Shown here: positions 1 through 7,711 of the stretch, one piece after another | Layout of the letters: the number at the start of each line of letters is the position of its first letter | Position numbering within the stretch: position 1 is the first letter of the stretch | Source: a virus | Lineage: Duplodnaviria; Heunggongvirae; Uroviricota; Caudoviricetes | IMG/VR virus record: IMGVR_UViG_3300037851_000345 | Coordinates: 188,067 to 222,974 of that record | Length of the DNA: 34,908 nt | Reading direction: 5' to 3' (one strand) | Program-made: the position numbers and the translations under genes | Notes under the pieces: generated by a model | Databases searched by the model: none | What the model saw: only the letters and a program-made list of their open reading frames with translations | What the model was told of the DNA's origin: nothing

Positions 1-2
1 CC

Positions 3-119
3 ACTTTCGAAAAGAAAAAAGACTTCACAGACAGAATATGGCTGTTCTACAACCTCAAATACTCCCGTGACTATGTAGCCAAAGTATTCGAATCCTACAT
101 TAAACACATCAAAGAATAA
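3..119 (+). CDS. 3' end of a hypothetical protein running in from the window edge
   Basis: Frame 3 is open from base 3 to TAA at 117-119 (TFEKKKDFTDRIWLFYNLKYSRDYVAKVFESYIKHIKE). RIWLFYNL resembles the paralog-family motif K/R-x-x-L-[WYF]-x-x-L. Confidence 0.35.
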   Translation, partial: TFEKKKDFTDRIWLFYNLKYSRDYVAKVFESYIKHIKE

Positions 120-658
120 TATAAGAATAACATAATTAAAACAGAGAGAAAAATAAAAACAAAGAACGATTTCGATCAAACCATCGAAAACACCGTATCC
201 TACTTCGATTGGAAAAATACACAAGATTATGACAGCATTAAATTGGCATTGGGGCCATGATAGAATTCTAAACATTTCTTGTAAGTGGTTCATACCGAAA
301 AAACGCTCTTTCGACTGCTGTTATCCCTATTCGGTAAGAAAAGTTAACCCTAAAACGTGTCCAAAAAGGGATTGTTTTCATACACGTTATAAAAACATGT
401 ACACAACATAGACACGTTGAATAAGGCGCAATTTTGTGCGGGTAGCACCTTCTATTTGCAAATAAATTGCAATCTTGTGCGGGTTGTAAATATGGAGTTC
501 CTTTTCGGATTTAATTCAACAATAAAAATACAAAAATATGAGACTCTATATCTCTATCCGAAAAAAAGATGTTATGGGGACATATATGACCCCGAATATG
601 GAGAGTCCTCTGAGTAAGCCCTATAATTATAATCTAACAATATCCCCCTAATGCGCCT

Positions 659-679
659 CCCCCCTAGGGGGGTATACCC
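659..679. repeat. Overlapping GC-rich palindromes CCCCCCTAGGGGGG and GGGTATACCC
   Basis: Perfect 14-bp palindrome at 659-672 overlaps a 10-bp palindrome at 670-679. TACGACC occurs at 690, 699 and 735. Confidence 0.8.
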
Positions 680-775
680 ACCCCCACCGTACGACCTCTA
701 CGACCCTACGTACAATACCGATAGTGCGCCCTTATACGACCTTAGGAATCCGTTCCAACCCCTTCAGCTAGGGGC

Positions 776-804
776 TTGACAAGTCCCCTCTATTATGTTA
801 TAAT
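776..804 (+). promoter_or_regulatory. sigma70/sigmaA-type early promoter with extended -10
   Basis: TTGACA(776-781)-N17-TATAAT(799-804), with TG at 796-797. Confidence 0.9.
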
Positions 805-810
805 AGGGGT

Positions 811-1143
811 ATGATAAGCAATAAGTTACTGAATGAGATAGATAAGATGGATATGGCTGACCTGATTGAACTGAATCATCAGGTCGTAAAACTTATCAAC
901 CACAAGCGTTCACACGAAGCAATGCTGAAGTCCTTATCCTTCAAGGTTGGGGATAAGGTGTCATTCAATTCCAAACGGTCAGGCCGCATGGTCGGAGAGA
1001 TTGTTAAGATCAACCGTACCAGGGCTGTCGTGGCTGTTCAGGTTAACGGTGTTATCAATAAGTCTATCCCTCTCAGTATGGTGTCTACTATCAAGTGGAA
1101 CGTCCCGTTCAGTATGCTCACCAAGGTTTCAAAGGGTCAGTAA
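811..1143 (+). CDS. Hypothetical phage protein with SH3/KOW-like beta-barrel
   Basis: 110 aa. FKVGDKVSF...G.IVKINRT.AVV...W.VP.SML pattern follows an N-terminal helix. Lies directly after a consensus promoter. Confidence 0.7.
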   Translation: MISNKLLNEIDKMDMADLIELNHQVVKLINHKRSHEAMLKSLSFKVGDKVSFNSKRSGRMVGEIVKINRTRAVVAVQVNGVINKSIPLSMVSTIKWNVPFSMLTKVSKGQ

Positions 1144-1196
1144 TATATCCCTTCTTCGTCAATCGTTCTCGTCACTCTTCATCCTTTTGGGGTTGT

Positions 1197-1382
1197 GTGG
1201 TTGAGACCCTCATCGTCCTAGGAATAGGGGTGATTGGGGTTGTACTGTCAATACTATGCAGGGGAACTGATGATGACTTGGGCCGATATCAAGGAGTTCT
1301 TGGTATGGTTCTTCACAAGTTGGGAATTCAAAAGGGACTTGAATTAACCCTTGACAAGCACATCAATTTGTGGTATAATTAA
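1197..1382 (+). CDS. Possible small membrane protein
   Basis: Hydrophobic stretch LIVLGIGVIGVVLSILC after GTG at 1197. The RBS is weak and the ORF end overlaps the next promoter, so it may be spurious. Confidence 0.25.
   Translation: MVETLIVLGIGVIGVVLSILCRGTDDDLGRYQGVLGMVLHKLGIQKGLELTLDKHINLWYN
1351..1379 (+). promoter_or_regulatory. sigma70/sigmaA-type early promoter with extended -10
   Basis: TTGACA(1351-1356)-N17-TATAAT(1374-1379), with TG at 1371-1372. AAGGAG RBS at 1391-1396. Confidence 0.9.
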
Positions 1383-1402
1383 GACATAATAAGGAGTCAA
1401 TA

Positions 1403-2743
1403 ATGGCGGGTTCAAAACAACACATGAATGTTCGGTCATTGAACATGAAGCAGTATCGGAACATCATCGTTCAGAAGATGGTAAGCCGATTGAAAGCGGT
1501 GGAATCGGGCAACTTCACCTTCAATACGCCCCTGTTTATTTGGGGCATGCCTGGAATCGGCAAGTCGCAGATTATCTCTGCTATCTGTCGTGAAACGTGG
1601 ACGAACGCTGTCAATGCCCAAGGTAAACCCCTGTTCGACCCTGCAATGCTCAACCGTTTGCGCCCTTGGGACGCTTCGGGTTGGAATTGGTTCAACAAGA
1701 CCGAAATTGCCGAATTCGAAAAGAATCCGGGTGGCTACGTTCTGATGGACGTACGGCTGTCTCAGGTTGACCCTGTTGAAATTAAGGGTGCGCCCTTTTA
1801 TGATACCGCCAACGGCAAAGCGGGGTTCATCCGCTTTAGTTCCATCCTTCCTGCTCCTGATTTCAAGTGGCCTGTCTACTTGCTGTTGGACGAACTGCCT
1901 CTTGCTCCTGACATGGTTCAGAGTGCTGGCTATCAACTTATCAACGACCGCAAAGTTGGCGATTACCGTCTGCCTGAGCGTTGCGTTGTTCTCGCTGCAG
2001 GAAACCCGTCTGAGTGTCCGGGTACGCACTTCGAAATGTCGTTGGCCTTGGAGAACCGCTTCGACCACATCAGCCTTGATATCGACTACGAAGGCTTCGT
2101 CAAGTACGTCAGCCAAGGCAATCACGGCTACGATGAGACGATGGTGGCCTTCCTTCAGTTCAGCAAGGAGCAGGACAAGGACATTCTCTATCACATCGAA
2201 GGTCAGTTGGGCAAGGGTAATTTCCCAACCTTCCGTTCGTGGGAAAAGGCTCTGATGAAGGTCAAGTTCGGTGAGAAGGAGTACGATGCCGTGGCTGATT
2301 CAGTCGGCCAGTCGTGCGCTGCCAAGTTCGAACACTTCAAGGAAACCACGAAAGACATCCCTGATGTCAAAACGCTCGTGGACAAGAAGATATACTACAA
2401 AGAGGTCGAGTTGCAACTTGTGGCGTCACAGAAGGTTGGCAACACCCTGCTCAACAAAGACGAGCTTGCCAAATTTAGCGACGATCGTGCCTTCGAAATT
2501 TTTCAGTACTTCGTCGACATGAAAAACCCGGAAGACAAGAAGGACAATCGTGAGGAATTAACTATTCTGTTCCTCGTCAACATCAAGGACGATATGGACG
2601 CTCTCGACAAAATTGACAAGGGATTTCAAAAGGCTCTGAAGGCTGGAAAAGTCACGGTTGAGAAGAATGCTGAGGGCGAGGACGTTATAGACATCTATAG
2701 CCTTATTTTCAGCAAGTGGCATTCATTGGCTGATATCGACTGA
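1403..2743 (+). CDS. MoxR-like AAA+ ATPase
   Basis: Walker A GMPGIGKS, DVRLSQVDPVEIKGAP, Walker B LLLDE, YQLINDRKVGDYRLP, sensor-1 VLAAGN and arginine finger LENRF. Good RBS. Confidence 0.9.
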   Translation: MAGSKQHMNVRSLNMKQYRNIIVQKMVSRLKAVESGNFTFNTPLFIWGMPGIGKSQIISAICRETWTNAVNAQGKPLFDPAMLNRLRPWDASGWNWFNKTEIAEFEKNPGGYVLMDVRLSQVDPVEIKGAPFYDTANGKAGFIRFSSILPAPDFKWPVYLLLDELPLAPDMVQSAGYQLINDRKVGDYRLPERCVVLAAGNPSECPGTHFEMSLALENRFDHISLDIDYEGFVKYVSQGNHGYDETMVAFLQFSKEQDKDILYHIEGQLGKGNFPTFRSWEKALMKVKFGEKEYDAVADSVGQSCAAKFEHFKETTKDIPDVKTLVDKKIYYKEVELQLVASQKVGNTLLNKDELAKFSDDRAFEIFQYFVDMKNPEDKKDNREELTILFLVNIKDDMDALDKIDKGFQKALKAGKVTVEKNAEGEDVIDIYSLIFSKWHSLADID

Positions 2744-2821
2744 GAATAAGTAGATAGATAACGATAAGAGAATTAAGGGTGAATCGGTGACCAGATTTTT
2801 TGAAATTGACTAAGGACTCCC

Positions 2822-2837
2822 TAGGCCGCAAGGCCTA
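2822..2837 (+). other. GNRA-tetraloop hairpin
   Basis: TAGGCC-GCAA-GGCCTA followed by TTTT. Confidence 0.6.
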
Positions 2838-2842
2838 TTTTG

Positions 2843-2877
2843 AAAGGGTCAGGCTTTCGCCAGCCTGACCCTTTTTT
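2843..2877 (+). terminator. Rho-independent terminator of the AAA+ ATPase gene
   Basis: AAAGGGTCAGGCT / AGCCTGACCCTTT stem, 6-nt loop, followed by a T tract. Confidence 0.85.
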
Positions 2878-3382
2878 CTATCCCTACATTTTCAGCAATC
2901 GTTGAAAATATCTGTCCGAGTAAAAATTATATATGTCTCTTAATGAATCAATATTATACATATTCCTAAGAGTAGTTTTAACGGGCCCACTGGTGATTAA
3001 ATTAGGGCCAAATCAGGCCGATATTATAATTTAGTTAAGGGGAGTAATTACTTAGGATATTTAGGTAATTCGAATAGTTCAGTACTATCGGCATTGTTTG
3101 CAAGTTAAGTCGAAAAAGGGTAGAAATTTGGCCCTGGTGCAGCAGGATAACGCAAGATGCGGCACGTTTTATTTAATTCGTAAAGTGCGAAAGTTCGTCG
3201 GGTCGGACGATTGGGCTTGAATTTAAATTGAATCATAAGGGATTCGTTATATTTTTAACAATTGAAAATTTAGATAGACCCCTCTACAATATGTTTTAAG
3301 TAGATACATTGGCTCTTAATGTGTTTTAAGCGGAAACGTGCTATTCTGTTCGTCCTGTGCGAGTCTAAGCTTAGGCCAATAG

Positions 3383-3423
3383 TGATATCATTCTGATATC
3401 ATTTGATATTATTTGATATCATT
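3383..3423. repeat. Four tandem TGATATCATT-like units (palindromic core TGATATCA)
   Basis: Units start at 3383, 3394, 3404 (TGATATTATT) and 3414. Confidence 0.85.
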
Positions 3424-3466
3424 TAAATACTAACAACATTAGGTATTCTACAAGCCTGAAATGGAC

Positions 3467-3495
3467 TTGATAAATGGGGCAAGATATGATATAAT
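3467..3495 (+). promoter_or_regulatory. sigma70/sigmaA-type promoter with extended -10
   Basis: TTGATA(3467-3472)-N17-TATAAT(3490-3495), with TG at 3487-3488. Confidence 0.8.
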
Positions 3496-3597
3496 ATACT
3501 TGTGTAATAGAATGAGATTATTATGTCTACAAACATCTTAAAAAGCAATTTGTATTCTAAGTATGCGCAGAAGTAGTATGATGATAGTAACCTGAAA

Positions 3598-3723
3598 ATG
3601 GGGTTTGAGTTGACCTCTGAAGAGTTGGTTAGATTGAAGAAAAAATACGAACTTTGGATATGGCAGTATGATGAAAAGTTTTATGTCGAAATGGTTCTAC
3701 CTTTTATAAAATGGGTAAAATAG
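3598..3723 (+). CDS. Small paralog-family member lacking the Cys core (41 aa, not in ORF track)
   Basis: MGFELTSEELVRLKKKYELWIWQYDEKFYVEMVLPFIKWVK carries the KxxLW motif and an IKWVK end. Confidence 0.55.
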   Translation: MGFELTSEELVRLKKKYELWIWQYDEKFYVEMVLPFIKWVK

Positions 3724-3730
3724 GTGAAGT

Positions 3731-3982
3731 ATGCTTGAGAATGTAAGGGAATTGGAGCGTTTGAAGAATAAGGCGAAGGTGTGGCAGTCTTTACATCCTG
3801 AAATATGTGGTGTTTGTGTTCTCTGTCCTCATTTAGGTAACTCCGAGTGGTGTCGCACTCACTTTCGTTTGGTGATGGATAACGATGCTAACAAGGCGAA
3901 AATGGCAGTAGGGATATTATTTAAGATGGGTTCTAATAGTACGTTTGGTTACACGTGCATAGAATGGGTGCGCTATGTTTAA
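3731..3982 (+). CDS. Small Cys-rich paralog-family protein
   Basis: KAKVWQSLH...CVLC...CIEWVRYV; 8-bp overlap with the next gene. Confidence 0.8.
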   Translation: MLENVRELERLKNKAKVWQSLHPEICGVCVLCPHLGNSEWCRTHFRLVMDNDANKAKMAVGILFKMGSNSTFGYTCIEWVRYV

Positions 3983-4358
3983 ATTCAAGAGAAGGTTGAA
4001 GCGGGAAGAGCGTAGGCATTTGCGAAAGGAGCAATCTAAATTACAACAAGAGGCCTTGGAATTAAAACGTCTACAGGACAAGTTTGATTTGTGGTGCAAG
4101 TTGAATCCGAAGAAGAGTACCAACAGGTGCGAGACGAGTTGCCCCCATTATAGAAGGATTGTGTACAGAAGGATTGGGCCTGGCGTCAAAGAAAGGATCA
4201 ACAAGTGCGATGCGAGTCACCCTCATTACAGAAGGATTGTGCTTGGCGTCCACGATTGTCCTAGGCCGTTTTTGCAGTTGGATTTGATGAATGGGAAGAT
4301 TTCGTTTTGCAATTGGGGAATACACATTAATTGCGTGGAGTGGATACGAAATGCCTAA
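3975..4358 (+). CDS. Small Cys-rich paralog-family protein with internal duplication
   Basis: KFDLWCKLN...CVEWIRNA. The segment C..SCPHYRRIV / C.ASHPHYRRIV occurs twice. Confidence 0.8.
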   Translation: MFKFKRRLKREERRHLRKEQSKLQQEALELKRLQDKFDLWCKLNPKKSTNRCETSCPHYRRIVYRRIGPGVKERINKCDASHPHYRRIVLGVHDCPRPFLQLDLMNGKISFCNWGIHINCVEWIRNA

Positions 4359-4665
4359 AAAGAACAACGAGTATTGGTTAGGTAAGATTAAGTTGTGGTT
4401 CGCCCTGCGCGGCGGGATAGGGACATGGTTACAACATCACCGAGAGGAAGAACTTTGCGAGAACTGCCGCTACTACCAATCAACTAAAAAGGTAAGGAGA
4501 TTGGAGACTCTAGTGTTGGGTGCGAACGGGTATCGCAATTTTGAATTTGTACGGGAGTGTAAGCGAAAGCAGGAGTTCAGGGGAAAGTTGATGGTGAGTT
4601 CTAATTTAAAGACAATCGAATTTTGCGACTCCTATCCGTTTCACTACATCTGTGCAGAAATGTAG
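4351..4665 (+). CDS. Small Cys-rich paralog-family protein
   Basis: ATG at 4351 overlaps the upstream stop. KIKLWFALR...CENCRYY, with a degenerate end ICAEM. Confidence 0.7.
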   Translation: MPKKNNEYWLGKIKLWFALRGGIGTWLQHHREEELCENCRYYQSTKKVRRLETLVLGANGYRNFEFVRECKRKQEFRGKLMVSSNLKTIEFCDSYPFHYICAEM

Positions 4666-4835
4666 CATCCTGTAAGCAAGCAAAGCAATACTACGATGAT
4701 TTATTGGAGTATGGGTATTATTACTTGGCATTCCTTCGGGAAGGGAATTACATAAAATAAACAGAAAGGGGTGTGGGTGTAATGGAAATAATGACGGGTA
4801 GATGGCCTTGCAAAGAATGGGTGAAATATGTTTAG
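4623..4835 (+). pseudogene. Paralog copy interrupted by in-frame TAA at 4758
   Basis: LRLLSVSLHLCRNVASC...YIK*TERG...WPCKEWVKYV*. It ends in the family motif with the usual 8-bp overlap onto ATG 4828. Confidence 0.55.
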
Positions 4836-5070
4836 CCGAAAGAAAGAAAAGCAAAAGTGGATAAACAAGTGGTTCTTGTGGCAAAAATTACACCCCGAAT
4901 TTGATATCAAAGAACATGGTTGTGGACAACGTGGTTGTAAACATTATAGCCCGAAGGGGTCCCACACGTGTCCTACGGGTTGTTTGATGTTGGATAAGAC
5001 GCTAAAGAAACTATTAGACCCTTGGGCAATAGAAGAATGTCATTGCATCGAATGGATTAAAAATGTTTAG
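4828..5070 (+). CDS. Small Cys-rich paralog-family protein
   Basis: NKWFLWQKLH...CHCIEWIKNV. Confidence 0.8.
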   Translation: MFSRKKEKQKWINKWFLWQKLHPEFDIKEHGCGQRGCKHYSPKGSHTCPTGCLMLDKTLKKLLDPWAIEECHCIEWIKNV

Positions 5071-5320
5071 TGATTCTATTTTAAACAAACTCAGGCTCTA
5101 TTTTAAACTGCATCCTGATTTTTGGCAGTTGTGGCAAGATGGAAATTTTGACTGTTGTTACAATTGTAAACACATCAAGAGCAGAGGCCGAGGATTCGAT
5201 TATATCGGTTGTAAGAAAAAATATATGATGTTGGTAGATAGAGAATTAACAGAAATTTTCTTTGGAGCCCCTTGGGCATTTAAAAACTGTTGTTGTGTGG
5301 AATGGGTGAAGGATGTCTAA
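5063..5320 (+). CDS. Small Cys-rich paralog-family protein
   Basis: NKLRLYFKLH...CYNCKH...CCCVEWVKDV. Confidence 0.8.
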   Translation: MFSDSILNKLRLYFKLHPDFWQLWQDGNFDCCYNCKHIKSRGRGFDYIGCKKKYMMLVDRELTEIFFGAPWAFKNCCCVEWVKDV

Positions 5321-5614
5321 AGAAGAACTGAGAAAATACCACAACAAGTATTTGTTGTGGCATAAACTGCATCCTAAGCAGGGGTTTGAACGCTGTCGGT
5401 TTTGTAAACACAGTCGTTCATATTATCAGATAGGGAGAAAGGAATTAATGTCTGCTTATTATATTGCCGCCATCATTCTGAAGAAAGACCGCATTGTAGA
5501 GCAGATAAACAGGCATTGAGAGTTAAACCTGATTTAAGTAAAATATATGGGCGAAATGATTTTGAATATTACTACCGTGGTACGTGGTGTACAGAGTGGA
5601 TAAAAGATGTCTGA
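5313..5614 (+). pseudogene. Frameshifted paralog-family member
   Basis: The N-half (NKYLLWHKLH...CRFCKH) is in the frame of 5313. The C-half (...NVCLLYC...HC...WCTEWIKDV*) is in the frame open 5408-5614. Confidence 0.7.
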
Positions 5615-5867
5615 GCAAGAATTGAAGAAGTGGTACAATAAATGGAAATTGTGGTCTGTACTTAACCACGATTGGAACAACAATACTCCGTATTGTTTCC
5701 TTTGTCAACACGTTGACCCCACAGATGGAACGAATACAAATTGCCCTCAGAAAGTACTTACCTTAAATTGGGATGACGCAGGTGAAGAATGGGTGAAAGA
5801 GTGTAATGTGAATCATACTTGGGATGGGTCGGGATATATGTGCCTAGAATGGATAAAAGATGTTTAA
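5607..5867 (+). CDS. Small Cys-rich paralog-family protein
   Basis: NKWKLWSVLN...CFLCQH...CLEWIKDV. Confidence 0.8.
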   Translation: MSEQELKKWYNKWKLWSVLNHDWNNNTPYCFLCQHVDPTDGTNTNCPQKVLTLNWDDAGEEWVKECNVNHTWDGSGYMCLEWIKDV

Positions 5868-6120
5868 ACAAGAGTTGAAAAAGTGGGAGAACAAGTTGAG
5901 ATTGTACTTGACGCTTCATCACAATGATGTACAATTGATGAATTGTCAGGTCTGCCCGTTCGGTGGTTACAACAGTACAAATCATATCACCCATAACCGC
6001 GAGGGCTGTCCTAATCCTTATCTTTCTCTTACTGAAGATGATAGGATGTTGTTTACTACTAAGGGAAACCCTAGTTTAAGGAGGATTTCGTATTGCGTGG
6101 AGTGGATTAAATATGTTTAA
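5860..6120 (+). CDS. Small Cys-rich paralog-family protein
   Basis: NKLRLYLTLH...CQVCPF...CVEWIKYV. Confidence 0.8.
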   Translation: MFKQELKKWENKLRLYLTLHHNDVQLMNCQVCPFGGYNSTNHITHNREGCPNPYLSLTEDDRMLFTTKGNPSLRRISYCVEWIKYV

Positions 6121-6155
6121 CGGTGGTTTGAATCGTTAGAATCTAACAATATGAC

Positions 6156-6184
6156 TTGACAAATGCTCTTTTTCGTGGTATAAT
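6156..6184 (+). promoter_or_regulatory. sigma70/sigmaA-type early promoter with extended -10
   Basis: TTGACA(6156-6161)-N17-TATAAT(6179-6184), with TG at 6176-6177. Confidence 0.9.
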
Positions 6185-6202
6185 AGGGTATAAAGGTAAA
6201 AA

Positions 6203-6433
6203 ATGGACAGACCTGATTTTACGAACATGAATGGCCTAGTGGCAGGCCGAATCCCAAAGGGGGTTCAATGCCCGTTTCGGCAACAATGTGTTTTTTGCGA
6301 CAAGGCTGACGTTACCATGCCAAAGAGTCAGCGTTGCAAGCGACATACTCCCGAAGTGATGAAGAACAACTTTTCCTGTGCCATGGCCAGAATGTTTTCG
6401 ATAATTGAAAACACAAACAAGGGGTTAAAATGA
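6203..6433 (+). CDS. Cys-rich hypothetical phage protein
   Basis: 76 aa. G.IP.G..CPF...C..C...C...FSCA.AR pattern; first gene after the promoter. Confidence 0.7.
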   Translation: MDRPDFTNMNGLVAGRIPKGVQCPFRQQCVFCDKADVTMPKSQRCKRHTPEVMKNNFSCAMARMFSIIENTNKGLK

Positions 6434-6843
6434 GTCAAAGTAAGTGGGTGAATAAATGGACGGTGCAATCGGAAAGTGATAGCACCAAGTTTTACACCGT
6501 TTCACAGGCTGAGGACAATTCATTCGGATGTTCTTGCCCTCAATGGATTTTTCGCAAGCAGATTTGCAAGCACATTCAGGATGTTGCTCAGACCATCATT
6601 GGCCTGACACAAACTGATGCGGCAATTGTAAACCGCTTGCGCTTCATCGCTAAAATCAACCACCTGAAACTGTCCTGCGGGAATTGTGAACACCACGAAT
6701 ATGATTACAGAGGCATGAACTCTTGTAAAGAGGGACACAACTTGCACAACAAGGCTGACCCGATATTCGTCAAGGGCGACAAAATGACGTTTTACATCCT
6801 AGGACGTTGTTGTAAATATTATGAAAAAGGTAAACCATCTTAA
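6430..6843 (+). CDS. SWIM zinc-finger protein with a second C-terminal Cys cluster
   Basis: YTVSQ...GCSCPQWIFRKQICKH matches SWIM CxC-xn-CxH, followed by CGNCEH...SC...CCKYY. Confidence 0.85.
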   Translation: MSQSKWVNKWTVQSESDSTKFYTVSQAEDNSFGCSCPQWIFRKQICKHIQDVAQTIIGLTQTDAAIVNRLRFIAKINHLKLSCGNCEHHEYDYRGMNSCKEGHNLHNKADPIFVKGDKMTFYILGRCCKYYEKGKPS

Positions 6844-7081
6844 TCTAGAAAGGCTTCGACTCTTCTGTAAATTGCGCTACATACACGATTGGCGGCTTAT
6901 ACCGAGATGTGGAAATTGCGATATTAAAAATTGTTTATTACTCAATGGTATAATGGTTGATATCAATACTTTTGAAATTCTCAATAAAATATTAGAAGAA
7001 ATAGATATCAAGCGATATGTTATACTCCAAGGGTGTGATAAATGGAAAGGTAAAGAGGAAAACTACAATGAACGCTTTTGA
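6821..7081 (+). CDS. Small Cys-rich paralog-family protein
   Basis: ERLRLFCKLR...CGNC...GCDKWK. Confidence 0.7.
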   Translation: MKKVNHLNLERLRLFCKLRYIHDWRLIPRCGNCDIKNCLLLNGIMVDINTFEILNKILEEIDIKRYVILQGCDKWKGKEENYNERF

Positions 7082-7499
7082 TTTTATCCTATTAGGACAC
7101 CTGATTGGGGATTACCTTTTTCAGAACAAGTGGATGGCAATGAACAAATCGGCTAGCCATTTCAAGTGTTTTGTACACTCAGCGATTTATACGTTAGTTA
7201 TTTGTTTAGTAACCCTACCTATTATTCAAAATCTGTGGTGGCCTTTAATCGTATTTGCTTCACACTATCCGATTGACCGTTGGGGGTTGGCTGACCGTTG
7301 GTTGAAACTTATTCGTGGTCGTTCACTTGAAGATTTCTTAAAAAACGGGAGCGAGAACATTCCTTCTAATGGTCAGCATTTTATGTGGCAGTACAATTAC
7401 CACGCCTTGCGGGGCGGGTTTTCTGCTGTTGTTTACACGGTTGTTGACAACACGATGCACCTGATTCTGATGCTTCTAGGATGGTGGTTGATAAAGTGA
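7068..7499 (+). CDS. DUF3307-family membrane protein
   Basis: LLGHLIGDYLFQNKWMAMNK...VHSAIYT...SHYPIDRW...DNTMH with hydrophobic helices. ATG at 7068 follows a GAGGA RBS. Confidence 0.8.
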   Translation: MNAFDFILLGHLIGDYLFQNKWMAMNKSASHFKCFVHSAIYTLVICLVTLPIIQNLWWPLIVFASHYPIDRWGLADRWLKLIRGRSLEDFLKNGSENIPSNGQHFMWQYNYHALRGGFSAVVYTVVDNTMHLILMLLGWWLIK

Positions 7500-7711
7500 G
7501 TATCAACTTAGGTAAAATCCACTTGTATTGTGTTCTACATCCACAGGGTAAAAAATCGATTCATTTTTTCTGTAAATATGCAGAGATAGAGTGTGTAAAT
7601 GGTGTTGATAGTACAATCGAAAGGGTTATTCTCTACCACATACTTTTACTCTTGAACAACCCGTTGGGATTCTTTAATTTTAATGGTTGCACTAAATGGA
7701 AAGAAAAATGA
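7481..7711 (+). CDS. Small paralog-family protein (start may be GTG 7496)
   Basis: GKIHLYCVLH...GCTKWKEK. Confidence 0.65.
   Translation: MVVDKVSINLGKIHLYCVLHPQGKKSIHFFCKYAEIECVNGVDSTIERVILYHILLLLNNPLGFFNFNGCTKWKEK

Noticed and set aside
229-617. ORFs 229-411 and 417-617
   Set aside because: No recognisable motifs, RBS or family features; cannot be supported as genes.
1436-2522. Long overlapping ORFs (1436-2194 minus, 1767-2255 and 2271-2522 plus)
   Set aside because: Shadow frames of the AAA+ gene produced by its biased codon usage; no motifs or RBS.
3383-3423. CRISPR array
   Set aside because: Units are 10-11 bp and contiguous, with no spacers and no cas genes.
2880-3466. tRNA or other known ncRNA in the long intergenic region
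   Set aside because: No cloverleaf with a T-loop GTTCRA and matching acceptor stem could be built by eye; a covariance-model search would be needed to exclude other RNAs.
3731-6120. Integron-like cassette array or diversity-generating retroelement
   Set aside because: No attC-like inverted repeats or intergenic spacers (the genes overlap), no integrase or reverse transcriptase in the window, and no near-identical template/variable repeat pair seen.
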